Positions 37,665 to 48,027 are shown, counted from the first letter of the whole stretch. The stretch is DNA of 60,417 nt, filler included, from 4 parts of 4 records of this genome joined end to end with filler, not necessarily neighbours in it; one strand, 5' to 3'. Program-made: numbers and translations. Notes: generated from the letters alone by a model not told the origin.

Positions 37665-39181
37665 TGAGTAACAGCGCCATGAGTAACAGCACCATAAGCA
37701 ACAGCACTCGAGTAATTCCCGTCATTCTGTGCGGCGGCGCAGGCACACGCTTGTGGCCCTTGTCCCGCAAAAATTTTCCGAAGCCCTTTTTGAAAGTGGG
37801 TGCTGAAAGCCTGATTGCGCAAACCGTGCGGCGTGCGGCAGCGGTGACCAAGGCGGCTGATTCAAACGATGTGTTGTTGGTGAGCAATGAGAGCTATCAA
37901 TTCCTGCTGCAAGATGAATGCATGCCTGTGTTGAAAAGCGAGGGTGGCAACATGGCCCTGCACCAGTTGCTGGAGCCACAGGGTCGCAACACTGCACCTG
38001 CAATTGCACTGGCTGCACAGTGGGCGCAGGCTCGTTACCCCGGTGAAAACCCGGTGTTGTTGGTGCTGCCCGCTGATCATTTAATCAATCCCGTGGCTGA
38101 GTTTGTGCGTGTGGCGCAGCAAGCTGTGGCCGCTGCACGCAAGGGCTGGCTCACTTGTTTTGGTATTACGCCCAGCACACCCGAGACTGGTTTTGGTTAC
38201 ATTCAGCAAGGTACGCCTGTCGACGAAATCAACGGTGCATTTGCTGTGCAGCGCTTTGTTGAAAAACCAAAACTTGAAGTGGCCATGGAATATTTGGCCA
38301 GTGGCCAGTATGTGTGGAATGGCGGCATGTTTGCCTTGCGCGCAAGCGACCTGTTACAGGCGCTCGAAAACAACGAGCCCAGCGTGGCCAGCCAGGCGAG
38401 TGTTGTTTGGGCCAGTGCAAAGGAAAGCAAAAACGCCAAGGCAAGCGGCAGCGTATTCACCTTCAACAAAGATGAATTTGCGAAGTTGCCCGACATCAGC
38501 ATCGACTATGCGGTGATGGAAAAGGCCAGCAATGTGGCGGTGGTGGCCGCCAGTTTTCAGTGGAGCGACATTGGCAGCTGGGCGGCCCTGGCTGAACAAT
38601 GCACGCCCGATACACAGGGCAACACGGTGCAGCAGGAAGGCGAAGGCCAGTTGATTTCAATTGACAGCAGCAACACCCACGTGCGCTTGGGTAACCGGGC
38701 TGTGGCCACGTTGGGTGTTGAGAACCTGTTGATTGTGGACACGCCCGACGCTTTGCTGGTGGCTGACAAAAGCCGCCATCAGGATGTGAAAAAGGTGGTT
38801 GAAACCTTGAAGGCGCAGGGCAGTGAACTGGTGAACTTTCACCCCACCGTGCACCGGCCTTGGGGCACCTACACGGTGCTTGAAGATTCCGCAGGCTACA
38901 AAATCAAACGCATTGAGGTAAAGCCAGGCGCATCCCTGAGTTTGCAAATGCACCACCACCGAAGCGAACACTGGATTGTGGTCAGTGGTACAGCCGAGGT
39001 CACCAATGGCGAGAATGTGTTTTTGGTGCGCAAGAATGAATCAACCTACATTCCCGCAGGAAACAAACACCGCTTGGTCAACCCGGGCGTAATGAACCTC
39101 GTGATGATTGAAGTGCAAAGTGGCGACTACCTCGAAGAAGACGACATTGTGCGTTTTGACGATGTGTACGGGCGGGCTTGA
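37664..39181 (+). CDS. manC: Mannose-1-phosphate guanylyltransferase / mannose-6-phosphate isomerase
   Basis: 'LCGGAGTRLWPLSR', 'GRNTAPA', 'FVEKP', cupin 'SLQMHHHRSEHW'. Confidence 0.97.
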   Translation: MSNSAMSNSTISNSTRVIPVILCGGAGTRLWPLSRKNFPKPFLKVGAESLIAQTVRRAAAVTKAADSNDVLLVSNESYQFLLQDECMPVLKSEGGNMALHQLLEPQGRNTAPAIALAAQWAQARYPGENPVLLVLPADHLINPVAEFVRVAQQAVAAARKGWLTCFGITPSTPETGFGYIQQGTPVDEINGAFAVQRFVEKPKLEVAMEYLASGQYVWNGGMFALRASDLLQALENNEPSVASQASVVWASAKESKNAKASGSVFTFNKDEFAKLPDISIDYAVMEKASNVAVVAASFQWSDIGSWAALAEQCTPDTQGNTVQQEGEGQLISIDSSNTHVRLGNRAVATLGVENLLIVDTPDALLVADKSRHQDVKKVVETLKAQGSELVNFHPTVHRPWGTYTVLEDSAGYKIKRIEVKPGASLSLQMHHHRSEHWIVVSGTAEVTNGENVFLVRKNESTYIPAGNKHRLVNPGVMNLVMIEVQSGDYLEEDDIVRFDDVYGRA

Positions 39182-39228
39182 ATTAGAATTAAAGCCACCA
39201 GGGCGAGTATTTAGGGTATTGGGCAAAT

Positions 39229-39618
39229 ATGGAACGTTTGAATGAAAGATCAGCCGATTTTCTAAAAGCCAGTCAGAGGTTAACCGAGGCTTGTGAGCGG
39301 CCTCTGGATTCGTTCATTCGAGATTCGGTGATTCAACGCTTCGAGTTTTGTTGGGAGCTGGCCTGGAAAACACTAAAATTGCGACTTGAAGAGTTGGGTA
39401 TTGTGGCCCTGAACCCCCGTGATGTTTTCAAAGAGGCTTTGGTTGCGGGGTTGATACACGATGGTAACGCCTGGAGCGAGGCCCAACGAATGCGGAATTT
39501 GTCCAGCCATACTTACGACGAGAAACTGGCGGATCAGGTGTACGAGTTTGTGAAAAACCGTGGTGACACGATGTTTCAGAATTTGGCCGGTGAAGTACGG
39601 CGATGGAGTGAAAATTGA
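39229..39618 (+). CDS. HEPN (HI0074-family) putative RNase toxin
   Basis: 'IQRFEFCWELAWK' and RX4HXY 'RNLSSHTY'. Confidence 0.9.
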   Translation: MERLNERSADFLKASQRLTEACERPLDSFIRDSVIQRFEFCWELAWKTLKLRLEELGIVALNPRDVFKEALVAGLIHDGNAWSEAQRMRNLSSHTYDEKLADQVYEFVKNRGDTMFQNLAGEVRRWSEN

Positions 39619-39923
39619 CTGTGAGGTATGGCTTGTCGAGCCAGGTAATTGAACAGTTGAGGACTGTATTCTCCAAATATCCGACTATTGAAGTGGTCTA
39701 TTTGTTCGGTTCGCGTGCCTCGGGTCACTTTAAAGATGGCAGTGATATCGACCTTGCAGTGGTTGCGTCCGCAATGACCGAGTCGAATTTTAATTCCCTG
39801 TGGAATGAAATAGATGCTTTGCCCTTGGTGTTTAAAGTTGACTGCATTCACTTTGAGAAACTGGAAAACGAAGCCTTGAAAAAAAATATTCTGAAAAACG
39901 GCGTTCAGTTTTATCCCGCTTAA
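39615..39923 (+). CDS. Minimal nucleotidyltransferase (MNT) putative antitoxin
   Basis: GSX10DXD 'GSRASGHFKDGSDID'. Confidence 0.9.
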   Translation: MTVRYGLSSQVIEQLRTVFSKYPTIEVVYLFGSRASGHFKDGSDIDLAVVASAMTESNFNSLWNEIDALPLVFKVDCIHFEKLENEALKKNILKNGVQFYPA

Positions 39924-39926
39924 TTT

Positions 39927-41717
39927 TTATCCCGTGGTTTGGGTACTCATCAATTCACTCAAAGTACTTCGAAGTTGCACACCACTGAGCGGTTTGTGCA
40001 AAATCAGGAAGCCTGAGTTTCTGGCCTCCTGAATTCGACTGGGTGCGGTGTCCCCAGTCAATATTACAGCGGGTACGTTTCCAAGTTGTGCTTGTAATGA
40101 TTGTATGGCTTGCACGCCGGTGCTTTTGTTGCGCAGGCGGTAGTCAGCCACAATCGCGTCGGGCATGCGGCCCCGGGCCATGAGTATACGCAAGGCAGTT
40201 TCCGCATCTTCTGCGGCAATGGTTGAACATTGCCAGCGGCTGAGCATTTCGGTGACGCTGGCACGCACCAAATCGTCATCATCAATCAACAACACAGTTT
40301 TGCCGGTCAATGGGGTTTTGCCGCCCGCCTGCACTCGGCCGGGTTCATCCATCAAGTGGCTGGCATCGCCTTGGGGTACGGTCACGTAAAACATTGAACC
40401 TTTGCCCACGGTAGAGTTCACGCCGATGTCGTGGTTCAGCAATTTGCCCAGGCTGTGCGCAATGTACAGGCCCAGCCCCAAGCCTTTGGCTTTGTCGCGC
40501 TCGGGGTTGCCCAGTTGATAGAACTCTTGAAACACGGTTTCTTGTGCGCTGGCGGGTATGCCAATACCGGTGTCGTGCACTTCAATCCGGATGTGCCCGC
40601 CCTGTTTGCGGCAACCAATCAGCACACGCCCCTCTGGTGTGTACTTGATCGCATTTTCTACATAGTTGCGAACAATCAGTTCAAGCAAGGCGGGGTCGGT
40701 GTAGGCGCAAGCTTTGGTTTTGGCCACGCGAATATCAAGGCCTTTGTGTTGTGCCTGGGTGGCCATTTCATTGCAAATGCGTTTGAGCAGCGGGGCCAAC
40801 TGAACGTGGCGTGGCTTGGCAGTAATGGCAGCCGCGTTTATTTTTGCGGAATCCAGCAAGGCATTCAGCAGGTTGCGCAAGCCATAGCCTGCTTCCTGAA
40901 TTCGATCCAGCAAACCTTTGCTGGGGTGGTTGGCCAGGTCTTCGCCCAGTGCATCGACCAACAGTTCGATGGCTTGAACGGGTTGCCGAAGATCGTGGCT
41001 GGCTGCGGCCAAAAAGCGTGTTTTGGCCACACTGGCTTGCTCGGCCACTCGCTTTTGCAAGGTCAGCTCGCTGATGAGTTCTGCATTTTGAAAGCGCAAG
41101 CGAATGGACTGGATCACCATATTTTGCAGGTTGCGCCCGTAGTGAATATTGATCAACACATACACAAAGGCCACGGTACCCAGCACCCAGAAGAAGGGGG
41201 TGTTTTCCCACAAACAGCGTGCAATGAAAGGCAGTGAAGCGGGTAGCGCAAATGCTGCGTAAGCGGGTGTGTGACAGGCATGAGAGGACACTGCACCCGC
41301 AACCATGGCAGCCAGAAAAATGGCCAGGGTCATCAGCACCAAAGGGTCGGTGGAGAAAAACACGACACCTGCGAACCCCCACAAAATGCCGGATGCCGCT
41401 GTGAACTGAATGGCCACTTGTATCCAGTGATGTGGATCGAAATGGGCCCCGAGTTTGTTGAAATGCCGGCGCACCCACCACCGCAAACCAGTCAGCATGT
41501 ACACCGCCAACAACCACAACAGCAGCGCAGTGCCCTGGCCGGTGTGCCAAAGCACTGCAACCAAGCCAGCCGATGAAGCCATCACACCATACAAAACAAA
41601 AGGGAGGTGTTCGAATAGAAGCTTGGTTTGCTCTCGCAGAATGGTGAGTTGGTGCGGGTCTTCGGCTTTCATAAATAGAGCAATGAGAGAGAGCAATAAG
41701 TAGTTTGCACTAAGCAT
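39927..41717 (-). CDS. Hybrid sensor histidine kinase / receiver
   Basis: Multi-TM N-term, 'ASHDLRQP', 'NAIKYT', 'DTGIGI', 'GLGLGL', C-terminal REC; start may be 41672. Confidence 0.93.
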   Translation of the reverse strand: MLSANYLLLSLIALFMKAEDPHQLTILREQTKLLFEHLPFVLYGVMASSAGLVAVLWHTGQGTALLLWLLAVYMLTGLRWWVRRHFNKLGAHFDPHHWIQVAIQFTAASGILWGFAGVVFFSTDPLVLMTLAIFLAAMVAGAVSSHACHTPAYAAFALPASLPFIARCLWENTPFFWVLGTVAFVYVLINIHYGRNLQNMVIQSIRLRFQNAELISELTLQKRVAEQASVAKTRFLAAASHDLRQPVQAIELLVDALGEDLANHPSKGLLDRIQEAGYGLRNLLNALLDSAKINAAAITAKPRHVQLAPLLKRICNEMATQAQHKGLDIRVAKTKACAYTDPALLELIVRNYVENAIKYTPEGRVLIGCRKQGGHIRIEVHDTGIGIPASAQETVFQEFYQLGNPERDKAKGLGLGLYIAHSLGKLLNHDIGVNSTVGKGSMFYVTVPQGDASHLMDEPGRVQAGGKTPLTGKTVLLIDDDDLVRASVTEMLSRWQCSTIAAEDAETALRILMARGRMPDAIVADYRLRNKSTGVQAIQSLQAQLGNVPAVILTGDTAPSRIQEARNSGFLILHKPLSGVQLRSTLSELMSTQTTG

Positions 41718-41852
41718 AAGTGGTGATGCGCTTGGCAGGCAATGTCTAAATGGGTGACCCCTGGTTTTTGTAACCCAAATTAGTGGTTATCACCCTGGAA
41801 AGTTTCCACGTATCTTGGGTGCCCCATTCGATTTCAGGCTCTGGAGGTTTCT

Positions 41853-42713
41853 TTGCTTCAATTGATTTCACGATTTGCGGTGTGTTTTGCCTTGGTATTG
41901 ACCGCGGCATGCGCCAGCAAAACTCCCTTGCAGGTGGATGGTTTGGCCGCCACAGGCAAGCAGTACACCACCACCTTGAAAAAGGTAAACAGCTTTGCGC
42001 TGGACCACACGCTTGAATTTACAGCGGGCCTGCTGCCCAATTTGCCCCGCGACAATGCAACGCTGTTGGTGCACACGCAAGCCATGCAACAAAGGGCGGC
42101 CTTGCTGCAAACCACCAGCGATTACTTGGATATGCAAGCACTTTATTTTGCTGAGCTTAGTGCGCTGGCGAAAGGCGACACCGGAACGGGTACCACGCGG
42201 GCCTTGCGAAAGCTGGTGGAGGCATTGAACAAAGCGCCCGATGTGGGCGGAATACCCCGTGTGAGCAAAGAGGCTGTGGCAGGTTTGGCCGGGCATGTGG
42301 CCAGTTGGAAGCACAGTGCCCAAGTGCGCGAAGAACTGCAACGCAGCGCTGAGCCTGTGGCGCACGCCTTGTTGTTGAACCAGCACATTTTGCAGGAACA
42401 AATACAGTGGATTACCCAACGCGAGGAGCTGGCTCGCCAGGTTGAATATCGAGAGAAAGTATTGAAGCCTTTTGTGGAGGATAAAAAGCTGGGCGAAACC
42501 TGGAAGAACGCCTGGATGAAATACATCAAACAGGTGCCGACCATTGAACTGTTGGAGCAGGCCAAAGCAGCCAGTATTGACATGCAACAGGCGTGGGTGA
42601 ATGTGCTGCGGGGCGAGGGAAGTTTTGAGCATTTGCAGGGCGTTTTTGATCAACTCAATTCCAACATTCAGGCGGCCTATAACCGTGAGCCCATTACCCA
42701 TGACCCCCAGTGA
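41853..42713 (+). CDS. Hypothetical alpha-helical lipoprotein
   Basis: Lipobox LTAAC, long amphipathic helices. Confidence 0.75.
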   Translation: MLQLISRFAVCFALVLTAACASKTPLQVDGLAATGKQYTTTLKKVNSFALDHTLEFTAGLLPNLPRDNATLLVHTQAMQQRAALLQTTSDYLDMQALYFAELSALAKGDTGTGTTRALRKLVEALNKAPDVGGIPRVSKEAVAGLAGHVASWKHSAQVREELQRSAEPVAHALLLNQHILQEQIQWITQREELARQVEYREKVLKPFVEDKKLGETWKNAWMKYIKQVPTIELLEQAKAASIDMQQAWVNVLRGEGSFEHLQGVFDQLNSNIQAAYNREPITHDPQ

Positions 42714-43023
42714 TTTTGAAGCCTTGCAAAACAATGTGCATGCCGTGTTTTCGGCTTTGTATTTGATTGATGTAGACCTGTTAAGCGTAGAGGAACGCAA
42801 ACAACACCAACAGGTTTTGGCAGCGGCTTACCTTGCCTTCGTGAACGCCGAGAACGCCCGCTATACCGCTTTGAGCACCAAGGCGAAAAGCGAACTTGGA
42901 GAATTGGCTGGGCATGTAAAAACCATGCGTACGCAGTTGGCTGAGCTGGAAGCCCCGAGCGAACAACTGGGAGTTTTGGGCAAAGGCCTGGATGCCTTGG
43001 CACGGTTGGCGAAGCTGTTGTAG
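42700..43023 (+). CDS. Hypothetical helical protein
   Basis: ATG 42700 overlaps the lipoprotein gene end. Confidence 0.65.
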   Translation: MTPSDFEALQNNVHAVFSALYLIDVDLLSVEERKQHQQVLAAAYLAFVNAENARYTALSTKAKSELGELAGHVKTMRTQLAELEAPSEQLGVLGKGLDALARLAKLL

Positions 43024-43092
43024 GTGCCAAGCGGTTTTCCTGGCCTACTTCACATAAGATATGAAACATGCAAGGTTAACCAAGGTGAAAAC

Positions 43093-43959
43093 ATGAACCG
43101 CAAAGGCATAGTGTTGGCCGGTGGGCAAGCCACCCGCTTGTACCCGGCTACTGCCGCTGTGAGCAAGCAGCTGCTGCCCGTTTACGACAAGCCCATGATT
43201 TACTACCCCCTGAGCACGCTGATGTTGGCAGGTGTAAGGGAGGTTCTGGTGATTTCAACCCCGCACGACACTCCGCGATTTGAACAATTGCTGGGCGATG
43301 GCAGCCGTTGGGGCATGCGAATTGATTATGCAGTGCAGGCCACACCCGGTGGTGTTGCGCAATCACTGATTGTGGCAGAACCTTTTTTGCAGGGCGCGCC
43401 CTGTGCCTTGGTGTTGGGTGACAACCTGTTTTATGGTCAAAACCTGGTGCGCCAAATGCAATATGCCTACGGGCAAAAACAGGGTGCCACCGTGTTTGCG
43501 TATTCTGTGGCCAACCCGCAAGCTTATGGCGTGCTTGAGCTGAACGCTGAAGGTTCAGTGATTGGTGTGGAAGAGAAACCTGCGCAGCCCAAAAGCAAAC
43601 AGGCGGTGACCGGCTTGTATTTCTTTGACGGGCAGGCCGCTACCATTGCCAAAGGCTTGACACCCTCAGCACGAGGCGAGCTTGAAATCACCGATGTCAT
43701 TCGAACCTACTTGACCATGGGGCAGCTTGAAGTTCAACACATGGGGCGTGGGCAGGCCTGGCTTGATACGGGTACCGCAGACAGCTTGCTGGACGCGGCC
43801 AACTTCATTCAAACGATTGAGCGCAGGCAAGGCTTAAAGGTCAGTTGCCCTGAAGAAATTGCCTGGCGCAACCAGTGGATTACTTCGGCACAGTTGGCTG
43901 CGCTGGCCAAGCCATTGCGCAACAGCGGTTATGGCGATTACTTGCTGGGCTTGCTGTAG
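43093..43959 (+). CDS. rfbA: Glucose-1-phosphate thymidylyltransferase
   Basis: 'KGIVLAGGQATRLYP', 'SKQLLPVYDKPMIYYPL', 'SARGELEITD', 'WLDTGT'. Confidence 0.97.
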   Translation: MNRKGIVLAGGQATRLYPATAAVSKQLLPVYDKPMIYYPLSTLMLAGVREVLVISTPHDTPRFEQLLGDGSRWGMRIDYAVQATPGGVAQSLIVAEPFLQGAPCALVLGDNLFYGQNLVRQMQYAYGQKQGATVFAYSVANPQAYGVLELNAEGSVIGVEEKPAQPKSKQAVTGLYFFDGQAATIAKGLTPSARGELEITDVIRTYLTMGQLEVQHMGRGQAWLDTGTADSLLDAANFIQTIERRQGLKVSCPEEIAWRNQWITSAQLAALAKPLRNSGYGDYLLGLL

Positions 43960-44255
43960 GCGGGTATCTGAATAACCTCGTAATTTGTTTGAATGATTTT
44001 CTGAAATTGGGGCGAGATGCTGTGCCAGTCAACCAGGTCTACTTTCCAGGGTAAGTCTGATTCAGAAAAAGCCTCTGCCAAATTTGCACGAGTATCCAAG
44101 GGAATGGCCTGATAATCAATCAAGACAAGGTCGAGGTCTGAGAACGGCTTGGGGTTTCCGTTAACCCTGGATCCAAATGCCCACACTTCACACTGCGGGA
44201 CTATTTCAGCAAGAATTTGTTGAATCAGGGCGAGCTGTTTGTCCAGTAGTTTCAC
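43938..44255 (-). CDS. Minimal nucleotidyltransferase (MNT) putative antitoxin
   Basis: GSX10DXD 'GSRVNGNPKPFSDLD', 'SDLPWKVDLVD'. Confidence 0.9.
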   Translation of the reverse strand: MKLLDKQLALIQQILAEIVPQCEVWAFGSRVNGNPKPFSDLDLVLIDYQAIPLDTRANLAEAFSESDLPWKVDLVDWHSISPQFQKIIQTNYEVIQIPAYSKPSK

Positions 44256-44656
44256 TTGTTTCTCGCGTGAAGTTGCGCATTCAGAAACCTGGCCTCTTGC
44301 AAAAAAGCTGGAATTTCGGCCACCACTTGCAAGGCCACGGATTCGTCATAGGTGTGGCTGGTGCGCGATCGCATCTCCCTGTATTTTTTCCACCGTGCCC
44401 AGTCGCTCAAAAGCAGCCCTTGTTCGTTGCCAGTGCGAATAAGGTCTTGGAAAGCCATTTCGTCAATGTTGGCTGGGCTGGCTGAAGTCGACTCCAGAAA
44501 ACGTTTCAGCATTTTGTGACTCAGCTCATACGTGAACTCGAAGCGTTGGATTAGTCCGTCCCGAATCTGGGTGTCGGTGATGTCTTTCTGGTAGCGTTGA
44601 ATACCTTCGTCGAGTCGAAGTATGGCATTGTCGAAGGAGCTGAGTTCTAGGATCAT
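44252..44656 (-). CDS. HEPN (HI0074-family) putative RNase toxin
   Basis: 'RDGLIQRFEFTYEL' and RX4HXY 'RSRTSHTY'. Confidence 0.9.
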   Translation of the reverse strand: MILELSSFDNAILRLDEGIQRYQKDITDTQIRDGLIQRFEFTYELSHKMLKRFLESTSASPANIDEMAFQDLIRTGNEQGLLLSDWARWKKYREMRSRTSHTYDESVALQVVAEIPAFLQEARFLNAQLHARNK

Positions 44657-44682
44657 TCTGGAATAATTAATTGGTGATATGC

Positions 44683-45234
44683 ATGAATTGTAACCTTACT
44701 CCTTTAAAAGGCTTATTGCTTCTAACACCCACGGTGCACGCCGATGCACGCGGCCACTTTTTTGAAAGCTTCAACGCGAAAACTTTCAAGCAGGTGGCTG
44801 GCATTCAGCCCGAGTTTGTACAAACCAATGAATCGCTTTCAAAGCGCGGGGTGTTGCGCGGCCTGCACTGGCAAACTGCCCCCAAGGCCCAGGGCAAACT
44901 GGTGCGCGTGGTGCATGGTGCTGTGTTTGATGTGGCTGTGGACCTGCGCGAAAATTCGGAAACATTTGGCCAGTGGTATGGCTGTGAGTTAAGCGATACC
45001 AACCATGTGCAGTTGTGGATACCGCCTGGTTTTGCGCACGGTTTTTTAACGCTGAGCGACACCGCAATTACCAGTTACCAGGTGACCGAGCACCACAGCC
45101 CCGAACACGAGCATTGCATGGCCTGGAACGACCCGGTGTTGAACATTGAGTGGCCTTTGAGGCAGGCGGGTGTAGCGAAGCCAACCCTGTCGCCCAAGGA
45201 CGAACAGGGTGTGGCGTTTACAAGTTTGGGTTGA
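44683..45234 (+). CDS. rfbC: dTDP-4-dehydrorhamnose 3,5-epimerase
   Basis: 'DARGHFFESF', 'VLRGLHWQ', 'QGKLVRV', 'IPPGFAHGF'. Confidence 0.96.
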   Translation: MNCNLTPLKGLLLLTPTVHADARGHFFESFNAKTFKQVAGIQPEFVQTNESLSKRGVLRGLHWQTAPKAQGKLVRVVHGAVFDVAVDLRENSETFGQWYGCELSDTNHVQLWIPPGFAHGFLTLSDTAITSYQVTEHHSPEHEHCMAWNDPVLNIEWPLRQAGVAKPTLSPKDEQGVAFTSLG

Positions 45235-47370
45235 TTACAAATCGACGCTGACAATCGCCTTGATGGTTCGCGGTGTGCCCACACCAATCAAGCCGTTGCC
45301 GGCGGTGCTGTAGTAGTTTTTGTCGGTGGGGTTATCAACCACCAATTGGAACTGTGTGGGCGTACTGCCAATGACAGTGGAGTAACGTGCGCCTAGCGAG
45401 GCCACGGTATAGCCGCCAATAAATGCCTGGTTTTGATCGTTCACAGCGCGCTCGCCGGTGTAGTACAAACCGCCACTGAAGCTTAAGCCCGGTACACTGA
45501 TTAAGCGATATTCCGCAAACAGGCTGGCGGTTTTTTCGGCGGTGTTTTCAGGCACACGCCCCACAGTGGCTGGGTTGCCGTCGTTTTGTAATTCCGCATC
45601 CATCAACAAGGCTGAGGCAGCAATGGACAATTGTTTGTTCAATTCGCCGGTCCAGGCCATTTCGAACCCGCTGTAGTTTGCTTTACCGTTCAGGCCAAAT
45701 ACGCCGGGTGTTCCGGGGGGTGAGCCCGCTGGGGCGGGTTGTAAAAATGTAGATGCACGATCAATGTCGAAATAGGCAATTTGTGCCAGGCTGTTTTGAC
45801 CAATATTGAACTTGACACCCACTTCACGTTGTTCCGATTCTGCGGGGTCGAGCAACTGGAATGCATTGGCCGCATTGGCAGGTGCCTGGCCCGATTCCTC
45901 AAGGCCTTCCACATAGCTGGCATACAGCGACACATCCTGGCGAGGCTTGTACATGACAGCGAGTGAGGGGGTTGTTTCTTGTGCGTTGTACAGGCGAACA
46001 GTTCGGGTACCGTTGGCAGCCACGCTCAGGTTCTCAGTGCGGTAGTCGCCTCGGCGAAGACCAGCCAACACCTGCCATCGTTCTCCCAGTTGCATGCGGT
46101 CGAATACATACAAGCCTTGATCATCAATGGTGACTGATGAATAGGCACCTGTGAAGGTGACGCTTTGTGGCGCAATTTCTCGGGGGTTGTACAGGTTTTG
46201 ATTGAAGATGCTTTGAGTACCAGTTACGCCCGGTGTGTTGCTGGCCCGGGTGTTGGTGGTGTAGCCAAAAGACAGGTTGTGCGTAACTGGCCCAGTGACC
46301 ACTTCGCCGTAAACTTCACCCCGGTAGTTGGTGTTGTCGAATTGTTGGTCGCGGCTGTAGAAAATTCGCAGCTCGCCCTCGCCTGTGTTCAGGTCGTAGT
46401 TTTGAAATTGGGAAAAGGCACGATCGCGTGTGGTTTCGGCGTAACCGGCTTCAAACAACACCCCCCAGGAATCGCTCAACACATAGTCCACGCGGGCCAG
46501 GTAGTTCTGTGCGTTGGCATCGTATTGTTGCCATTCGCCAGCCAGGTTGGTTTTGCTGTCGGGCACCGGGGGCAGGGTTACCCTGCCATTGACAGCAGGC
46601 AGCAAAGCAATGGCGGCCTGCTCGCTCACTGATTTCTCGTAATGTTCCACATCGAAGCGAAAGCTTAAGCGGTCGGTGATTTTCCAGTCGTAAGCAATGC
46701 TGGCCAATTCGCGTTCGCCGCTGTAATTGTTCACGCCAATATCTTCTGCGCCTTTCACCAAATTAACCCGAAGACCCTGGTTGTTGTTCTCGCCAAATTT
46801 GCGGCCCCAGTCGAGGTGGGTGGTGGCACCGCCATGTTCATTCACACTTTGGCTCAGGCTGAGCACGGGTTTGTTGCCCGCACGCTTGGTGACCAGGTTT
46901 ACAACGCCCGAGGGTGGAATAAAACCGTAATACAGTGAAGATGCACCCTTCAGCACTTCCACTTGCTGTTTGTTTTCAAGGGGTACGTCGACCAGGTTGA
47001 TAATGGGCAGGGAACCATTGAGGCGGTAGTTGCCCCGGTTCTCAACCAGAATGCCGCGAATGGCAATGTTGTCGTAAGTAGAGCCATTCAGTTGCGAGCG
47101 GGTAACGCCGGCGGTGTTGCGCAGTGCGCCGAACAGGGTGGTGGCTGATTGTGCATCCAGAACCTCGCGGGTTACCGAGTTCACGGTAAGCGGCACATCA
47201 ATGGGGGCTGTGTCGCGGAAGGTGCCCACTTGTACGGCGTTGCTGGAGTAGCTGCCTTGTTCGCGGGCTTGAACTTCGACTTCTTCGAGCTGATTGTTGG
47301 TGGTTTGGGCCATGGCCAAAGCCGGCAGGCCCAGGCTGAGCAGGGCCAGTGAGACAGGTTTGAGTTTCAT
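45235..47370 (-). CDS. TonB-dependent siderophore receptor
   Basis: Signal peptide, TonB box 'EEVEVQA', plug 'VEVLKGASSLYYG', beta-barrel. Confidence 0.93.
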   Translation of the reverse strand: MKLKPVSLALLSLGLPALAMAQTTNNQLEEVEVQAREQGSYSSNAVQVGTFRDTAPIDVPLTVNSVTREVLDAQSATTLFGALRNTAGVTRSQLNGSTYDNIAIRGILVENRGNYRLNGSLPIINLVDVPLENKQQVEVLKGASSLYYGFIPPSGVVNLVTKRAGNKPVLSLSQSVNEHGGATTHLDWGRKFGENNNQGLRVNLVKGAEDIGVNNYSGERELASIAYDWKITDRLSFRFDVEHYEKSVSEQAAIALLPAVNGRVTLPPVPDSKTNLAGEWQQYDANAQNYLARVDYVLSDSWGVLFEAGYAETTRDRAFSQFQNYDLNTGEGELRIFYSRDQQFDNTNYRGEVYGEVVTGPVTHNLSFGYTTNTRASNTPGVTGTQSIFNQNLYNPREIAPQSVTFTGAYSSVTIDDQGLYVFDRMQLGERWQVLAGLRRGDYRTENLSVAANGTRTVRLYNAQETTPSLAVMYKPRQDVSLYASYVEGLEESGQAPANAANAFQLLDPAESEQREVGVKFNIGQNSLAQIAYFDIDRASTFLQPAPAGSPPGTPGVFGLNGKANYSGFEMAWTGELNKQLSIAASALLMDAELQNDGNPATVGRVPENTAEKTASLFAEYRLISVPGLSFSGGLYYTGERAVNDQNQAFIGGYTVASLGARYSTVIGSTPTQFQLVVDNPTDKNYYSTAGNGLIGVGTPRTIKAIVSVDL

Positions 47371-47418
47371 GTTGATTGCTGCGGTGGATTTATATTTTAT
47401 GAAGATAGAATACTAAAC

Positions 47419-47437
47419 GATAATGACTCGTATTACG
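47419..47437. promoter_or_regulatory. Putative Fur box
   Basis: GATAATGACTCGTATTACG, 12/19 to consensus, upstream of the TonB receptor. Confidence 0.65.
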
Positions 47438-47523
47438 AATACTATTTATCAAAACTGTTGTTTATCCCGCGCTTTGAAGGGTTTAGAATGCGGCCTGTGC
47501 CTTATTTTGAAGAATGCAACACC

Positions 47524-48027
47524 ATGGCCCAGTGGTATGTGATGTACACCAAGCCCCGCCAGGAAACAGTGGCGCTGGAAAACCTGCAACGCCAGAACTA
47601 CAACGTGTTTTTTCCGCAAGCCCGCGTGCAAAAACGCAAGACCGGGCAGGGCACTGTGCAGGTAGTAGAGCCGCTGTTTCCCCGCTACATGTTTATTCAC
47701 TTGGAAGTGGGTGTGAGCGATTTTTCAAAGCTGCGCTCTACCAAAGGCTGTGTGGACTTGGTGAAGTTTGGCGGCAAGCCTTCAGTGGTGCCTGTTGAGT
47801 TGATTGAGTTGATTCAACACCAGGTCGACTCCGATTCCGTGATCGATTTGCTGAAATTGAATGCGCTTGAAATAGGTGGTGAGGTGCGTGTGGCCGAGGG
47901 CCCGTTCGAAGGCATGATGGGCAAAATTGCAGCCCAAAAAAGTGATCAACGCGTGATTGTGCTGCTCAACGTACTGGGCGCCGAACGCAGCGTGGAACTG
48001 GCCCGTAGTCAACTGGACAAGGCCTGA
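47524..48027 (+). CDS. rfaH: RfaH-like transcription antiterminator (NusG paralog)
   Basis: 'WYVMYTKPRQETVALENLQRQ', 'EPLFPRYMF', KOW 'VRVAEGPFEG'; start could be 47488. Confidence 0.88.
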   Translation: MAQWYVMYTKPRQETVALENLQRQNYNVFFPQARVQKRKTGQGTVQVVEPLFPRYMFIHLEVGVSDFSKLRSTKGCVDLVKFGGKPSVVPVELIELIQHQVDSDSVIDLLKLNALEIGGEVRVAEGPFEGMMGKIAAQKSDQRVIVLLNVLGAERSVELARSQLDKA

